Assembly: GCA_035558955.1 (NCBI GenBank)
Contig: DATMBX010000046.1
Coordinates: 1-50,082, forward strand
DNA from: Solirubrobacterales bacterium
GTDB lineage: Bacteria; Actinomycetota; Thermoleophilia; Solirubrobacterales; 70-9
Length of the DNA: 50,082 bases
Direction: 5' to 3'
Positions within the stretch are counted from its first letter, which is position 1; every line of letters starts with the position of its first letter. The notes below the pieces were generated by a model, which was not told the DNA's origin, ran no database searches, and saw nothing but the letters and a program-made list of their open reading frames with translations. Positions 1 through 8,516 of the stretch are shown here, piece after piece. A program made the translations under genes and the position numbers.

Positions 1-857
1 AGATCCCCGAGATTCCCCCCCTGGTGGAGCTGGCGCTGGAGCGCGGCGTCATCCTGCGCGAGCCCAGCGGCGCCCTCCTCTACGAGACCGGCGACGAGAG
101 CTACCCGCACCTGCCGCTCAGCCGCACCGACGGCTTCCCCACCCACCACCTGCGAGTCGTCGTCACCTGGCACACGATGATGCGCGACGAGCGCGGCTCC
201 GAGTTGGTCCATCTCTCCGGCGACGAGTGGCGCGCCAACGTCGTCCACGTCGAGAAGCTGCTGCGGAGGCTGGAGCCCGGCGTCCCGGTCCTGCCCAGCC
301 GGCATCTGATGCACGGGATGGTGACCGGAGAGAGCGGCGAGCTCAGCTCCGGCAAGGGCGAGGCGCTCTTGATCGACGACCTTCTCGACGAGCTCGCCGC
401 CCACCCGCAGGTGACGGCGGCGGCGCAGGAGGGAGAGGAGCGTCGCTGCGCCCCGGACGACCTCGTCGCGATCGCGCTCTTCGGCTTCTGCCTCGACCGC
501 CCGCTGGTGAAAAGGCTCGCCTGGGCGCCGACCGACGTCCTCCTCAACCCCGACATCAACATCGGCTGGCGGATCGCGCTGGCCTGGTCGAAGGCATGGG
601 ATCCGGCCAACGACGCCGGCGAGAACACTCCCGAGGGCGATGCCGATTACCGCTTCGCCGTCCTCCAGTCCCAGCTCCACCGCCGCATGCTCGCCCCCGC
701 GGTCGAGGCGCTGGACCTGCTCAAGTTCGTTCGCTTCCTCGGCCACCTCAGCACCTGGTACCTCGACGCCTCTGCCGACCCACGCGTCGGCCGCGCGATG
801 CGCGCCACGCTCGCCGCCGGCATGTCCGCCGCCGGCCTGCTGCGTAACCGACATTGA
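1..857 (+). CDS. Arginyl-tRNA-synthetase-like protein, C-terminal (DALR/anticodon-binding-like) part; the 5' end lies outside the window
   Basis: The frame is open from the window edge (phase of nt 3) to TGA 855-857, with high GC3. The helical C-terminal region (LLIDDLLDEL, VAIALFGFCLDR, INIGWRIALAWSKA, RATLAAGMSAAGLL) resembles the ArgRS anticodon-binding domain by eye. Its residues are non-canonical, so it looks like a paralogue rather than the housekeeping enzyme. Confidence 0.4.
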   Translation, partial: IPEIPPLVELALERGVILREPSGALLYETGDESYPHLPLSRTDGFPTHHLRVVVTWHTMMRDERGSELVHLSGDEWRANVVHVEKLLRRLEPGVPVLPSRHLMHGMVTGESGELSSGKGEALLIDDLLDELAAHPQVTAAAQEGEERRCAPDDLVAIALFGFCLDRPLVKRLAWAPTDVLLNPDINIGWRIALAWSKAWDPANDAGENTPEGDADYRFAVLQSQLHRRMLAPAVEALDLLKFVRFLGHLSTWYLDASADPRVGRAMRATLAAGMSAAGLLRNRH

Positions 858-889
858 CCACACCAGCGTGGGGTAAATGTCGGTTACGC
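842..889 (+). terminator. Stem-loop spanning the stop codon of the first gene (14-bp perfect stem, no T-tract)
   Basis: GCGTAACCGACATT (842-855) is the exact reverse complement of AATGTCGGTTACGC (876-889). An inner CCAC/GTGG pair sits in the 20-nt loop. The region is locally less GC-rich than its flanks. Confidence 0.45.
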
Positions 890-914
890 GTCAGATTCCC
901 GCCTGGCTAGGCTT

Positions 915-1658
915 GTGACGAGCATGAGCGAACGAGCCGCCCACCTCAACGAGACGGACAACTACGGCCCCGCCTTCATGCGTGTCGCCGCGGCGCTCGG
1001 CGAATACGACTCGACCCAGGAGGATGCCGCCGCCGCGATCGAGCTGCTCGGCCTGGCGCCGGGGGCGCGGGTGCTCGATGCAGGCTGCGGTTTCGGCCGC
1101 TTTACCGCCGCGATGGCCGAGCAGGGCTGCGAGACGATCGGCGTCGATATCTCCCCCGCCGCGATCGCCGAGGCCGAGCGGCGCTGCCCCGGTCCCACCT
1201 ACCTCGTCGCCGACCTGACCGAGCCGCTGCCCGAGGGCGTCGGCCCGTTCGACGCGCTGCTCAGCATGTACTCCAGCTACGGCTACGGCGCCACGGTCGA
1301 GGAGGACGAGGCGATGCTGCGCGCATTCCGCCGGGCGCTGAAGCCCGGCGGGCGGCTGCTGATGCAGCTCTCCGACCTCGAGCGCTCCCGCTTCCGGCTC
1401 AGAACAGACGAGGGCGTCGTCATCCGCGAGACCAATGGCGTCACCGAGACCCTCGACGTCGACTTCTCGACCGGCATGCTCCACGTCAGATACGAGCTGG
1501 GCGACGACGTTGTCGACTCGCGAATCCGCATGTACGAGGCGGAGGACCTGGAGAAGATGGTCATCGAAGCCGGCTTCCACCACGTCGAGCGCTACGGCGA
1601 CCTCACCGGCGCCCCCAAGCGCCCCAAAGACCGCCTAGTCCTAATCGCAACGGCATGA
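915..1658 (+). CDS. Class I SAM-dependent methyltransferase
   Basis: 247-aa ORF with the motif I sequence VLDAGCGFGRF, followed by GVDISP and LLSMYSS segments typical of the Rossmann-type methyltransferase fold. Confidence 0.85.
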   Translation: MTSMSERAAHLNETDNYGPAFMRVAAALGEYDSTQEDAAAAIELLGLAPGARVLDAGCGFGRFTAAMAEQGCETIGVDISPAAIAEAERRCPGPTYLVADLTEPLPEGVGPFDALLSMYSSYGYGATVEEDEAMLRAFRRALKPGGRLLMQLSDLERSRFRLRTDEGVVIRETNGVTETLDVDFSTGMLHVRYELGDDVVDSRIRMYEAEDLEKMVIEAGFHHVERYGDLTGAPKRPKDRLVLIATA

Positions 1659-2974
1659 CCCCCGCCGATTCTCAACCCCATCCCTCAGGTGCAACGTTTT
1701 ATCCCCCTAATACGGGGACAAAACGTTGCACCGCGGTGGTGGTGGACGCCTACTCCACCGGGGCTAGATTGGCGCCTCGATTTGCCGCGGCCGGCCTGCG
1801 CTGCGTCCACGTGCAGAGCAGGCCCGACATGCCCGACTTCTACCTGCGCTCCTTCCGCCCCGAGGACTTCGCCGAGAACATCGTCCACGAGGGCGACCTC
1901 GAGGCGACCGCGGCGCGTGTCGCGGCGCACGATCCCGCCTTCGTCGTCGTCGGCTCCGAGCCCGGCGTCCTCCTCTCCGACGCGCTCAGCGAGCGCCTCG
2001 GGCTCCCCTCGAACGGGACCGGGCTGAGTCAGGCTCGACGCGACAAGCACGAGATGGCCGGCGCCCTGCGTGCCGCCGGCCTGCGCGCGGTCGAGGAACT
2101 GAAGACCGGCGACGCCGCCGAAGCCGCGGCCTGGGCGCGGGAGCGCGGCGAGTGGCCGGTAATCGTCAAGCCGCTCGACAGCGCCGGCACCGACAGCGTC
2201 GCCCTCTGCGAGGACCCGGCCGCGATCGAGGCCGCCTTCGCCGCGACCCTCGGCCGCCCCAACGCCCTGCTCGGCGCCAACCGCGAGCTGCTCGTGCAGG
2301 AGTTCCTCCAGGGCACCCAGCTCTTCTGCAACTCGATCAGCTGGGACGGCGTCCACCACATCTCCGAGATCTGGCGGGACACCAAGCGCCGCGTTGCCGG
2401 CAACCTCGTCTACGACTTCGAGGACCTCCTTCCCCGCAACGGCGAGCAGCAGGACCAGGTCGCCCCATACGTGGAGCAGGTGCTGGGCGCGCTGGGGGTC
2501 CGCTTCGGCCCCGCCCACACTGAGGTGATGCTGACCGCCGACGGGCCGGTGCTGGTCGAGTCCGGGGCGCGCATGCACGGCTCCGTCCGCGACGACGTGA
2601 TCGACCGCTGCACGCCCAGCCACCCGACAGTCGTCGCCGAGGCCTACCTCGACCCCGCCTCGGTCGCCCGGCGCGCCGCGCGGCCCTACGAGCTGGCGGC
2701 CCGCTCGCGCTGCGTGATGCTGATCTCCCAGCACGAGGGGAGAATCGTCTCCGCTGAGGGCATGCAAGGGGTCGAGGCGCTGCCCAGCTTCGCCGGCTCG
2801 ATTGCCGTCTCCCAGCCCGGCGAGATGTTGGAGCGCACCGTCGACCTCTTCTCCTGCCCGGGGATGATCTACCTCGTCGATCCCGACATCGAACGGCTGC
2901 GCGCCGACTACGAGCGCCTCCGCGAGCTGGAGGCCGACGGCCTCTTCGAGCTCGAAGAGTTGGTCGCCTCTTAG
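1655..2974 (+). CDS. ATP-grasp domain protein (amino-acid/carboxylate ligase-like)
   Basis: 439-aa ORF with ATP-grasp hallmarks (WPVIVKPLDSAGTDSV, LLVQEFLQGTQ, GPAHTEVMLT). The ATG at 1655 overlaps the methyltransferase stop (ATGA). In-frame GTG codons at 1736-1744, directly after the 1688-1732 hairpin, are equally plausible starts. Confidence 0.8.
   Translation: MTPADSQPHPSGATFYPPNTGTKRCTAVVVDAYSTGARLAPRFAAAGLRCVHVQSRPDMPDFYLRSFRPEDFAENIVHEGDLEATAARVAAHDPAFVVVGSEPGVLLSDALSERLGLPSNGTGLSQARRDKHEMAGALRAAGLRAVEELKTGDAAEAAAWARERGEWPVIVKPLDSAGTDSVALCEDPAAIEAAFAATLGRPNALLGANRELLVQEFLQGTQLFCNSISWDGVHHISEIWRDTKRRVAGNLVYDFEDLLPRNGEQQDQVAPYVEQVLGALGVRFGPAHTEVMLTADGPVLVESGARMHGSVRDDVIDRCTPSHPTVVAEAYLDPASVARRAARPYELAARSRCVMLISQHEGRIVSAEGMQGVEALPSFAGSIAVSQPGEMLERTVDLFSCPGMIYLVDPDIERLRADYERLRELEADGLFELEELVAS
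1688..1732 (+). terminator. Two-tier stem-loop at the methyltransferase/ATP-grasp junction (putative intercistronic terminator or attenuator)
   Basis: GGTGCAACGTTTT (1688-1700) pairs perfectly with AAAACGTTGCACC (1720-1732). The inner stem is TCCCC/GGGGA around the loop CTAATAC. This is a low-GC pocket in which codon third positions become A/T-rich. Confidence 0.4.
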
Positions 2975-2977
2975 GGC

Positions 2978-4300
2978 TTAGGCGTAGGCCAGCGCCGTCG
3001 GGACGTTGCCGGCGGCGCCGTTGCGCAGCGCGTCGACCACGCGCCTGGCCCCGCTCTCGCGCTCCCAGGAATGCCGCTCCAGGAAGCTCTCGACGCTCGC
3101 GGCATCGGGCGCGGCGATCACCTCTGCCGCGAGAGCCTTTGCCAGGGCCTCGAGCCCCGCCTGGACGCCGTCGGCATCGAAGTGGATGCGGGCGTCCTCG
3201 TCTACGGTCACGTAGCCGCCCTGCTCGAGGAAGCTCAACTCGATGAAAGCGGCGCCCGCATCGCCCCACAGCCACGGGCCCCGTCGCACGTATTGGAGCA
3301 TCTCGGCCATCACGATCGCCGCCACGTCCTCACGGGTCGCATCGGCGGCCTCGAGCCACTCCGGAGTCATCGACATCAGCCCACCGAAGGTATCGGCGAT
3401 CGCCTCATCCAGCGCGTAGTAGGCCTCGGGCTCCTTCAGGTCCTCGGGCTTGACCTTGCCGGCGCCGGGAAGCGTCACCGCGTGGGCGATGTCATGGCCG
3501 CGAAGCCACATCACCAGCACCTCGGCCGCGTCGACGCCATCGCTCGGGCGCGGTCCGACCAGCATCGCCTCGCCCAGGCGGCGACCGATCTTCTCGTAGC
3601 GCAACGCGTAGGCGTTGCGGAAGAGGATCGTCTTCTTCTCCGCGTCGGGGTCGCTGATGTCCTCATCCTCGGGGAGGAAATAGGCGAAGTGCTTGGGGAA
3701 GGTGTTGGCCTCGCCGCCGCAGGCGATCAGGTCGCAGATCTGCATCGGGTACATCCCCCGCACGTCGAGCCCCTCGAGGCCGAGTCTCTCGCCGACGGCG
3801 GAGAGCGCTGCCTTGGCGCCGGCATCGGTCTTTGAGATCAGCCGATCGCCCTTCTCATGGCGCGTCGCGGCAATCACGCTGTGCAGCGGCGTCCGGGTCT
3901 TCGGCCGCCAGGTCCCCATCGGCCCGCAGATCACGGTGAGCGGCTGCGGGTCGGGGTGGGCGGCCTCGCGACGGGCGACCGCCTCGCGCGACGTGCCGTT
4001 GACCAGCGCATCGGCCCTCAGGCGCATCGTCTCCGCAGCCTCCGGCGTCACCTCGTCGGCGGCGGCGATCTCGTTCAGAAGCTTCGCCGAGGCGGCGGCG
4101 ATCCCACGCGCGGCCTCTTCGTCGGCGGCGCTGCCGTCGGCCGCCTGCAGGCCGTTCATCGCATCGCCGAGCTGCGCCAGGCGACGCAGCTTCGGCACCA
4201 ACGGCGCGATCTCCTCAGGCACGTTCGGGGACAGCTCGGCGTATTCCACCGTGTGCGTATCCCCTGCAGGCCACAGGACCGGACTCCCTAGCTCGGTCAT
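2978..4300 (-). CDS. Hypothetical protein (~440 aa), no family recognised
   Basis: High GC3 and coherent protein-like composition from MTELGSPVLW onward (ATG at 4298-4300). The ORF-track extension to 4534 is Ser/Arg/Gly-rich junk and would overlap the divergent gene. Confidence 0.6.
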   Translation of the reverse strand: MTELGSPVLWPAGDTHTVEYAELSPNVPEEIAPLVPKLRRLAQLGDAMNGLQAADGSAADEEAARGIAAASAKLLNEIAAADEVTPEAAETMRLRADALVNGTSREAVARREAAHPDPQPLTVICGPMGTWRPKTRTPLHSVIAATRHEKGDRLISKTDAGAKAALSAVGERLGLEGLDVRGMYPMQICDLIACGGEANTFPKHFAYFLPEDEDISDPDAEKKTILFRNAYALRYEKIGRRLGEAMLVGPRPSDGVDAAEVLVMWLRGHDIAHAVTLPGAGKVKPEDLKEPEAYYALDEAIADTFGGLMSMTPEWLEAADATREDVAAIVMAEMLQYVRRGPWLWGDAGAAFIELSFLEQGGYVTVDEDARIHFDADGVQAGLEALAKALAAEVIAAPDAASVESFLERHSWERESGARRVVDALRNGAAGNVPTALAYA

Positions 4301-4319
4301 CGCAAGAAAGAATAGAGAC

Positions 4320-5021
<702 letters not shown>

Positions 5022-5588
5022 CTAACCGCGGTGGGGGCGGTCCGGGTACAGCTCGTCGATCGTGACCAGGGCGCGGTAGGGGGCGCCGGCCGCGGCTTCG
5101 ATTCGCTCGGCGCCGCCGGCCAGGCGGTCGACGACGGCGAGGACGCCGGCTATCTCCAGACCTTCCTCGCGGATGCGCTCGATCGCGTTGGCGGTGGAGC
5201 CGCCGCTGGTGACCGTGTCCTCTATGACCAGCACGCGGTCGCCGGGCTGCACCGGACCCTCGACCCAGCGTTGCAGGCCGTGCTCCTTGCGCTGTCCGCG
5301 GACGAAGAAGCCGACCAGGCCCTCGCCCTCCGGCACCGCGATAGCCGCGCAGGCGGGGGGGATCGCCGCCGTCGCCGGTCCGCCAACCGCGGTCGCTCCC
5401 GCCTCCACCGCGGCCGCGGCGATCAGCTCTCCGGCGGCGCGGAAGCCCGCGGGCCGCAACAGCGCCCGGCGCGCGTCGACGTAGTACTGGGCGGTGACAC
5501 CACTGGCAAGCGTCACCTCGCCGATGATCAGCGAGTGCTCGCGCAGCTCGGCGAGCAGCATCTCCTTGGCGGCGGCGAGGTCAGGCAC
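5022..5588 (-). CDS. pyrE: Orotate phosphoribosyltransferase
   Basis: PRPP-binding motif VLVIEDTVTSGGS, plus the N-terminal GEVTLASGVTAQYYVD segment typical of OPRTase. The ORF is open to 5642. GTG 5586-5588 (VPDLAAAKEMLL...) gives the usual ~188-aa length, and ATG 5559-5561 is another candidate start. Confidence 0.85.
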   Translation of the reverse strand: MPDLAAAKEMLLAELREHSLIIGEVTLASGVTAQYYVDARRALLRPAGFRAAGELIAAAAVEAGATAVGGPATAAIPPACAAIAVPEGEGLVGFFVRGQRKEHGLQRWVEGPVQPGDRVLVIEDTVTSGGSTANAIERIREEGLEIAGVLAVVDRLAGGAERIEAAAGAPYRALVTIDELYPDRPHRG

Positions 5589-5626
5589 GGGGCTGATCCT
5601 AGGCGTTGCCGAAACGGCACGGAGAA

Positions 5627-5676
5627 TTGACGAAGATGGCACGATCTGCTTACATCACTTCACAGGTGGTGATGTA
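5627..5676 (+). promoter_or_regulatory. Putative vapBC promoter with an overlapping inverted-repeat operator
   Basis: TTGACG (5627-5632) is followed 17-18 nt later by TTACAT/TACATC. An 8-bp inverted repeat, TACATCAC (5651-5658) / GTGATGTA (5669-5676), ends 12 nt before the vapB ATG. The region is low in GC. Confidence 0.35.
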
Positions 5677-5687
5677 GCTTGGCACGC

Positions 5688-5951
5688 ATGAAGCGACTGC
5701 AAATTTCGATCGAGCCTGAACTGGACATCGCGGTTGGACGCCGCGCGGACGCAGAAGGGCTCTCGAAGGCGGAGGTGATCAGGCGTTGCGTGCGAGAGAA
5801 GATCAGACCATTGCCACCGATAGAGGAAGATCCGTTCTTCAGATTGATCGGATCGGTCCCCGGAGAGCCGGACGACAGCAGGACCATCGACGAGGTCGTC
5901 TACAAGTTGTGGAAGGACCCCTACAACAGCCCGGAGCCGGACAGCGGTTGA
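5688..5951 (+). CDS. vapB: Ribbon-helix-helix (CopG/VapB-type) antitoxin
   Basis: N-terminus MKRLQISIEPELDIAVGRRADAEGLSKAEVIRRCV follows the RHH pattern. The stop TGA 5949-5951 overlaps the PIN gene start (TTGA). An alternative TTG start lies at 5679. Confidence 0.7.
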   Translation: MKRLQISIEPELDIAVGRRADAEGLSKAEVIRRCVREKIRPLPPIEEDPFFRLIGSVPGEPDDSRTIDEVVYKLWKDPYNSPEPDSG

Positions 5952-6349
5952 TCTTCATTGACAGCTCATTCTTCATCGCTCTATTGAGCGAAAGAGGGAC
6001 GCGACATGAAATCGCTCATCAACTGTTCAATGAAGTCGCCGTCGGACCACTGGTTACAACAAATCTCATTCGCGGCGAAACTTGGACTTGGCTCCGTCGT
6101 AAGCGCTGGCACGCGATGGCCGTCGAGTTCCTCGACAGTATTGGGGGGCCAAGGCGCCACATCAGAGTCGACCGGGTTTCTGAGGAACAGGAGGACGAGG
6201 CACTGGACTGGCTACGCCGACACGACGAGCGTGAGTTCTCCTTCGTTGACGCGACCAGCTTCGCCTACATGCGCGCCCGCCGGATAACCGACGTCCTCGC
6301 CTTCGACGGCGACTTCGCCGCCGCCGGCTTCAACGAGCTGCGTCCCTAG
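5948..6349 (+). CDS. vapC: PIN-domain toxin (VapC-type ribonuclease)
   Basis: Starts LIFIDSSFFIALL (TTG 5948). The conserved acidic positions are present (D in IFID, E in the EEQEDEAL region, D in FVDATSF, D in FDGDF). It overlaps the antitoxin gene by 4 nt. Confidence 0.75.
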   Translation: MIFIDSSFFIALLSERGTRHEIAHQLFNEVAVGPLVTTNLIRGETWTWLRRKRWHAMAVEFLDSIGGPRRHIRVDRVSEEQEDEALDWLRRHDEREFSFVDATSFAYMRARRITDVLAFDGDFAAAGFNELRP

Positions 6350-7302
6350 AAGACGAAGACGTCCTCGCCGTAGAAGATGCGGTTGAAGATCTCCGGCTGG
6401 TCGGCGATGAAAGTGCGTACGCATCCGTGGCTGGCGGGGTAGTTGGGGACGGACTCGTAGCCGTGCACCGCGTAGCCGCCGTAGAAGTAGAACGAGTAGT
6501 ACATGCCGTGCGAGTTGTAGCCGGGCTCGGTCCTGATGAATGTGTAGTGGCCTGTGACCGTGGGGGTGGAGGACTTGCCGGAGGAGACCGGGTAGATCGC
6601 GAACGGCTTGTCGCCGTCGGCGAAGACCATCACCTGCTTGGAGAGCGACACCTCGACGTGCTCACCCGAGCCCGGGTGGCGGACCCTGTAGGCGCCGCGA
6701 CTGGAGAAGACTCTCTTGACCAGGCCCTTGCCGGCCTTGTAGCTGCGGTTCATCCCGTTGACTTTGCGGTAGGCCAGGACGCCGCGGGCGGTCTTGCCGC
6801 CGAAGCAGCGGCCGTCGTTGGCGATGTAGCCCATCTTCCGCATCGCCTTCTTGAAGCCGGTGACAACCGGGCCACACTCCCCCTGGCTCAAGCCGGGGAA
6901 ACTGACCCGCCAGCTCTTGCGCACTGTGCTGTCGGCGCCGAGTGCGACGGTCGCCGCGGGGCTGGCGCTGGCGGCGTACTTGCCTCCCTTGGTTATGCGG
7001 ATCGCGGAGCGAAATGTCCCAGCCCCGCCCTTGCCCTTGCGCACGGGGGCAGATTTCGAATACAACCGCTTGCCGTCGTGAAAGAAGGTGACTCTGACCC
7101 GCTGCCCGGCGACAAACGGCGACACCGTGCCGGCAACGGGAACCGTGCTCATGATCCGCGCCTTGCCCCCGTGCAGGTGCCCGATCCGGATCTTCACGGT
7201 CGCCTCAGGCGGCCCTCTGGGCGCAGGCGTAGCTGCCGAAGCGTGCGCAGGGACCGTCGCGAGGGCGGCGGCGATCAGTGAGAGGGCGAAGCGACGATTC
7301 AC
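6346..7302 (-). CDS. Secreted L,D-transpeptidase (YkuD domain) with a peptidoglycan-binding-like domain
   Basis: Signal peptide MNRRFALSLIAAALATVPAHASA. PG-binding-like segment GPVVTGFKKAMRKMGY...ARGVLAYRKVNGM. Catalytic motif YPASHGCVR near the C-terminus. Confidence 0.85.
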   Translation of the reverse strand: MNRRFALSLIAAALATVPAHASAATPAPRGPPEATVKIRIGHLHGGKARIMSTVPVAGTVSPFVAGQRVRVTFFHDGKRLYSKSAPVRKGKGGAGTFRSAIRITKGGKYAASASPAATVALGADSTVRKSWRVSFPGLSQGECGPVVTGFKKAMRKMGYIANDGRCFGGKTARGVLAYRKVNGMNRSYKAGKGLVKRVFSSRGAYRVRHPGSGEHVEVSLSKQVMVFADGDKPFAIYPVSSGKSSTPTVTGHYTFIRTEPGYNSHGMYYSFYFYGGYAVHGYESVPNYPASHGCVRTFIADQPEIFNRIFYGEDVFVF

Positions 7303-7333
7303 AGGGCGGGATTGTTACCGATAGCCCGGCGTT

Positions 7334-7376
7334 CCACTGCGACTTATCCTCGATATACGAGGAAAAGTCGCAGTGG
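7334..7376 (-). terminator. Two-tier stem-loop 5 nt downstream of the CPBP gene stop (terminator without a U-tract)
   Basis: CCACTGCGACTT (7334-7345) pairs with AAGTCGCAGTGG (7365-7376). The inner stem is TCCTCG/CGAGGA around the loop ATATA, giving 18 paired positions with one A-A mismatch. Confidence 0.5.
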
Positions 7377-7381
7377 AAGCT

Positions 7382-8071
7382 CTACTGCGCCAGGAGGGCG
7401 ACCGAGTTGTTCATCGCGTGGAGGATGATTCCGGGGACGATCGAGCCGGTCTTCTCGTAGAGCAGCGCTAGGACGAAACCGAAGGCGATCAGCGGCGGAA
7501 CGGCGCTAACGCCGGTCGCCGCGTGCAGGCCGCCGAAGACGATGGCGCTGAGCAGGGCGGCGGCGAGACGCGGAAAGCGCTCGCGCAGCCCGCCGAAGAG
7601 CATTCCCCGGAAGCAGACCTCCTCGCTGACGGAGGCGGCAATGACGATCAGCAGGATCTGGACGGGCACCGCGCCAAAGCTCTCGGCGATGTCCTCCTGC
7701 TCGGGCTGGCCGATCAGCAGCGAGTAGAAGAAGGCAAAGAGGAGGTAGGCCCCGACCGCCGCCGCCATCCACTTCGCCGCCGAAGGCCGGAACCCCCGCA
7801 CCCCCAGCCGCCGCAATGCCTCGCCGATCGTCGCCGCCCCGCGGCGCGCCGCGATCAGCATCGGCACCATCAGGAACCCGACCGCTGTAGCCAGCTGCAC
7901 GAAAGCGTTAGCTCCCGAGCTCAACTCCCCGTTTTCCGGCTGCTCGAAAATCACCGCCGGAACCCCCAGCACGACCCCCGTCCCAATAGCCAGAAGCACT
8001 CCAAGCACGGCGGCGGCCGGACCCCAATTGGAGTACGGAAAGCCGGGCTTTGCGGGTACGGTGGCCTCCAT
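7382..8071 (-). CDS. CPBP-family (CAAX/Abi) intramembrane metalloprotease
   Basis: Motifs SEEVCFRG (EExxxR), FGGLH and HAMNN in a multi-TM protein. The likely start is ATG 8069-8071 (MEATVPAKPG...). The ORF-track extension to 8248 is Arg/Lys-rich and antisense to the next gene. Confidence 0.75.
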   Translation of the reverse strand: MEATVPAKPGFPYSNWGPAAAVLGVLLAIGTGVVLGVPAVIFEQPENGELSSGANAFVQLATAVGFLMVPMLIAARRGAATIGEALRRLGVRGFRPSAAKWMAAAVGAYLLFAFFYSLLIGQPEQEDIAESFGAVPVQILLIVIAASVSEEVCFRGMLFGGLRERFPRLAAALLSAIVFGGLHAATGVSAVPPLIAFGFVLALLYEKTGSIVPGIILHAMNNSVALLAQ

Positions 8072-8486
8072 GTCGCCGGCAGTCTCACAGGTATCCCGGT
8101 CCACGAAGACCCGCCTTCGCTTCCTGCGCCGCCTGCTCTTCCTGGTCGCCTTTCTGGTCGTCGTGGCGATCGCGCTGAGCCAGTTCACCGAGCTGAAGCG
8201 CTTGGCGACCGGCATCCTCGCCTCGACCGCGGTGCTGGCGGCGATCATCGGATTCGCGGCTCAGCACACGATCGGCAACATGGTCGCCGGCGTCCAACTG
8301 GCCGTCTCCCAGCCGATCAAAATCGGCGACCGCATCGAGTTCGAGGAGGTCGACGGCCGGGTGACCGACATCACCCTCTCCTACACCTACGTCGACCCGG
8401 GAGACGACAGCACCATCGTCATCCCCAATCAACTCCTGGTCGATGGCATCATTCGCAACCGCTCGACCGGCGATACGCAGGGCTGA
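8070..8486 (+). CDS. Small mechanosensitive-channel (MscS) family protein
   Basis: Pore helix plus beta-domain signature ...AAIIGFAAQHTIGNMVAGVQLAVSQPIKIGDRIEFEEVDGRVTDITLSYTYV. The candidate ATG at 8070 shares a CATG with the divergent CPBP start, so the start is uncertain. Confidence 0.65.
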   Translation: MSPAVSQVSRSTKTRLRFLRRLLFLVAFLVVVAIALSQFTELKRLATGILASTAVLAAIIGFAAQHTIGNMVAGVQLAVSQPIKIGDRIEFEEVDGRVTDITLSYTYVDPGDDSTIVIPNQLLVDGIIRNRSTGDTQG

Positions 8487-8516
8487 GCAGGACCGGCGCC
8501 GAAGTACCCTTTTCCC

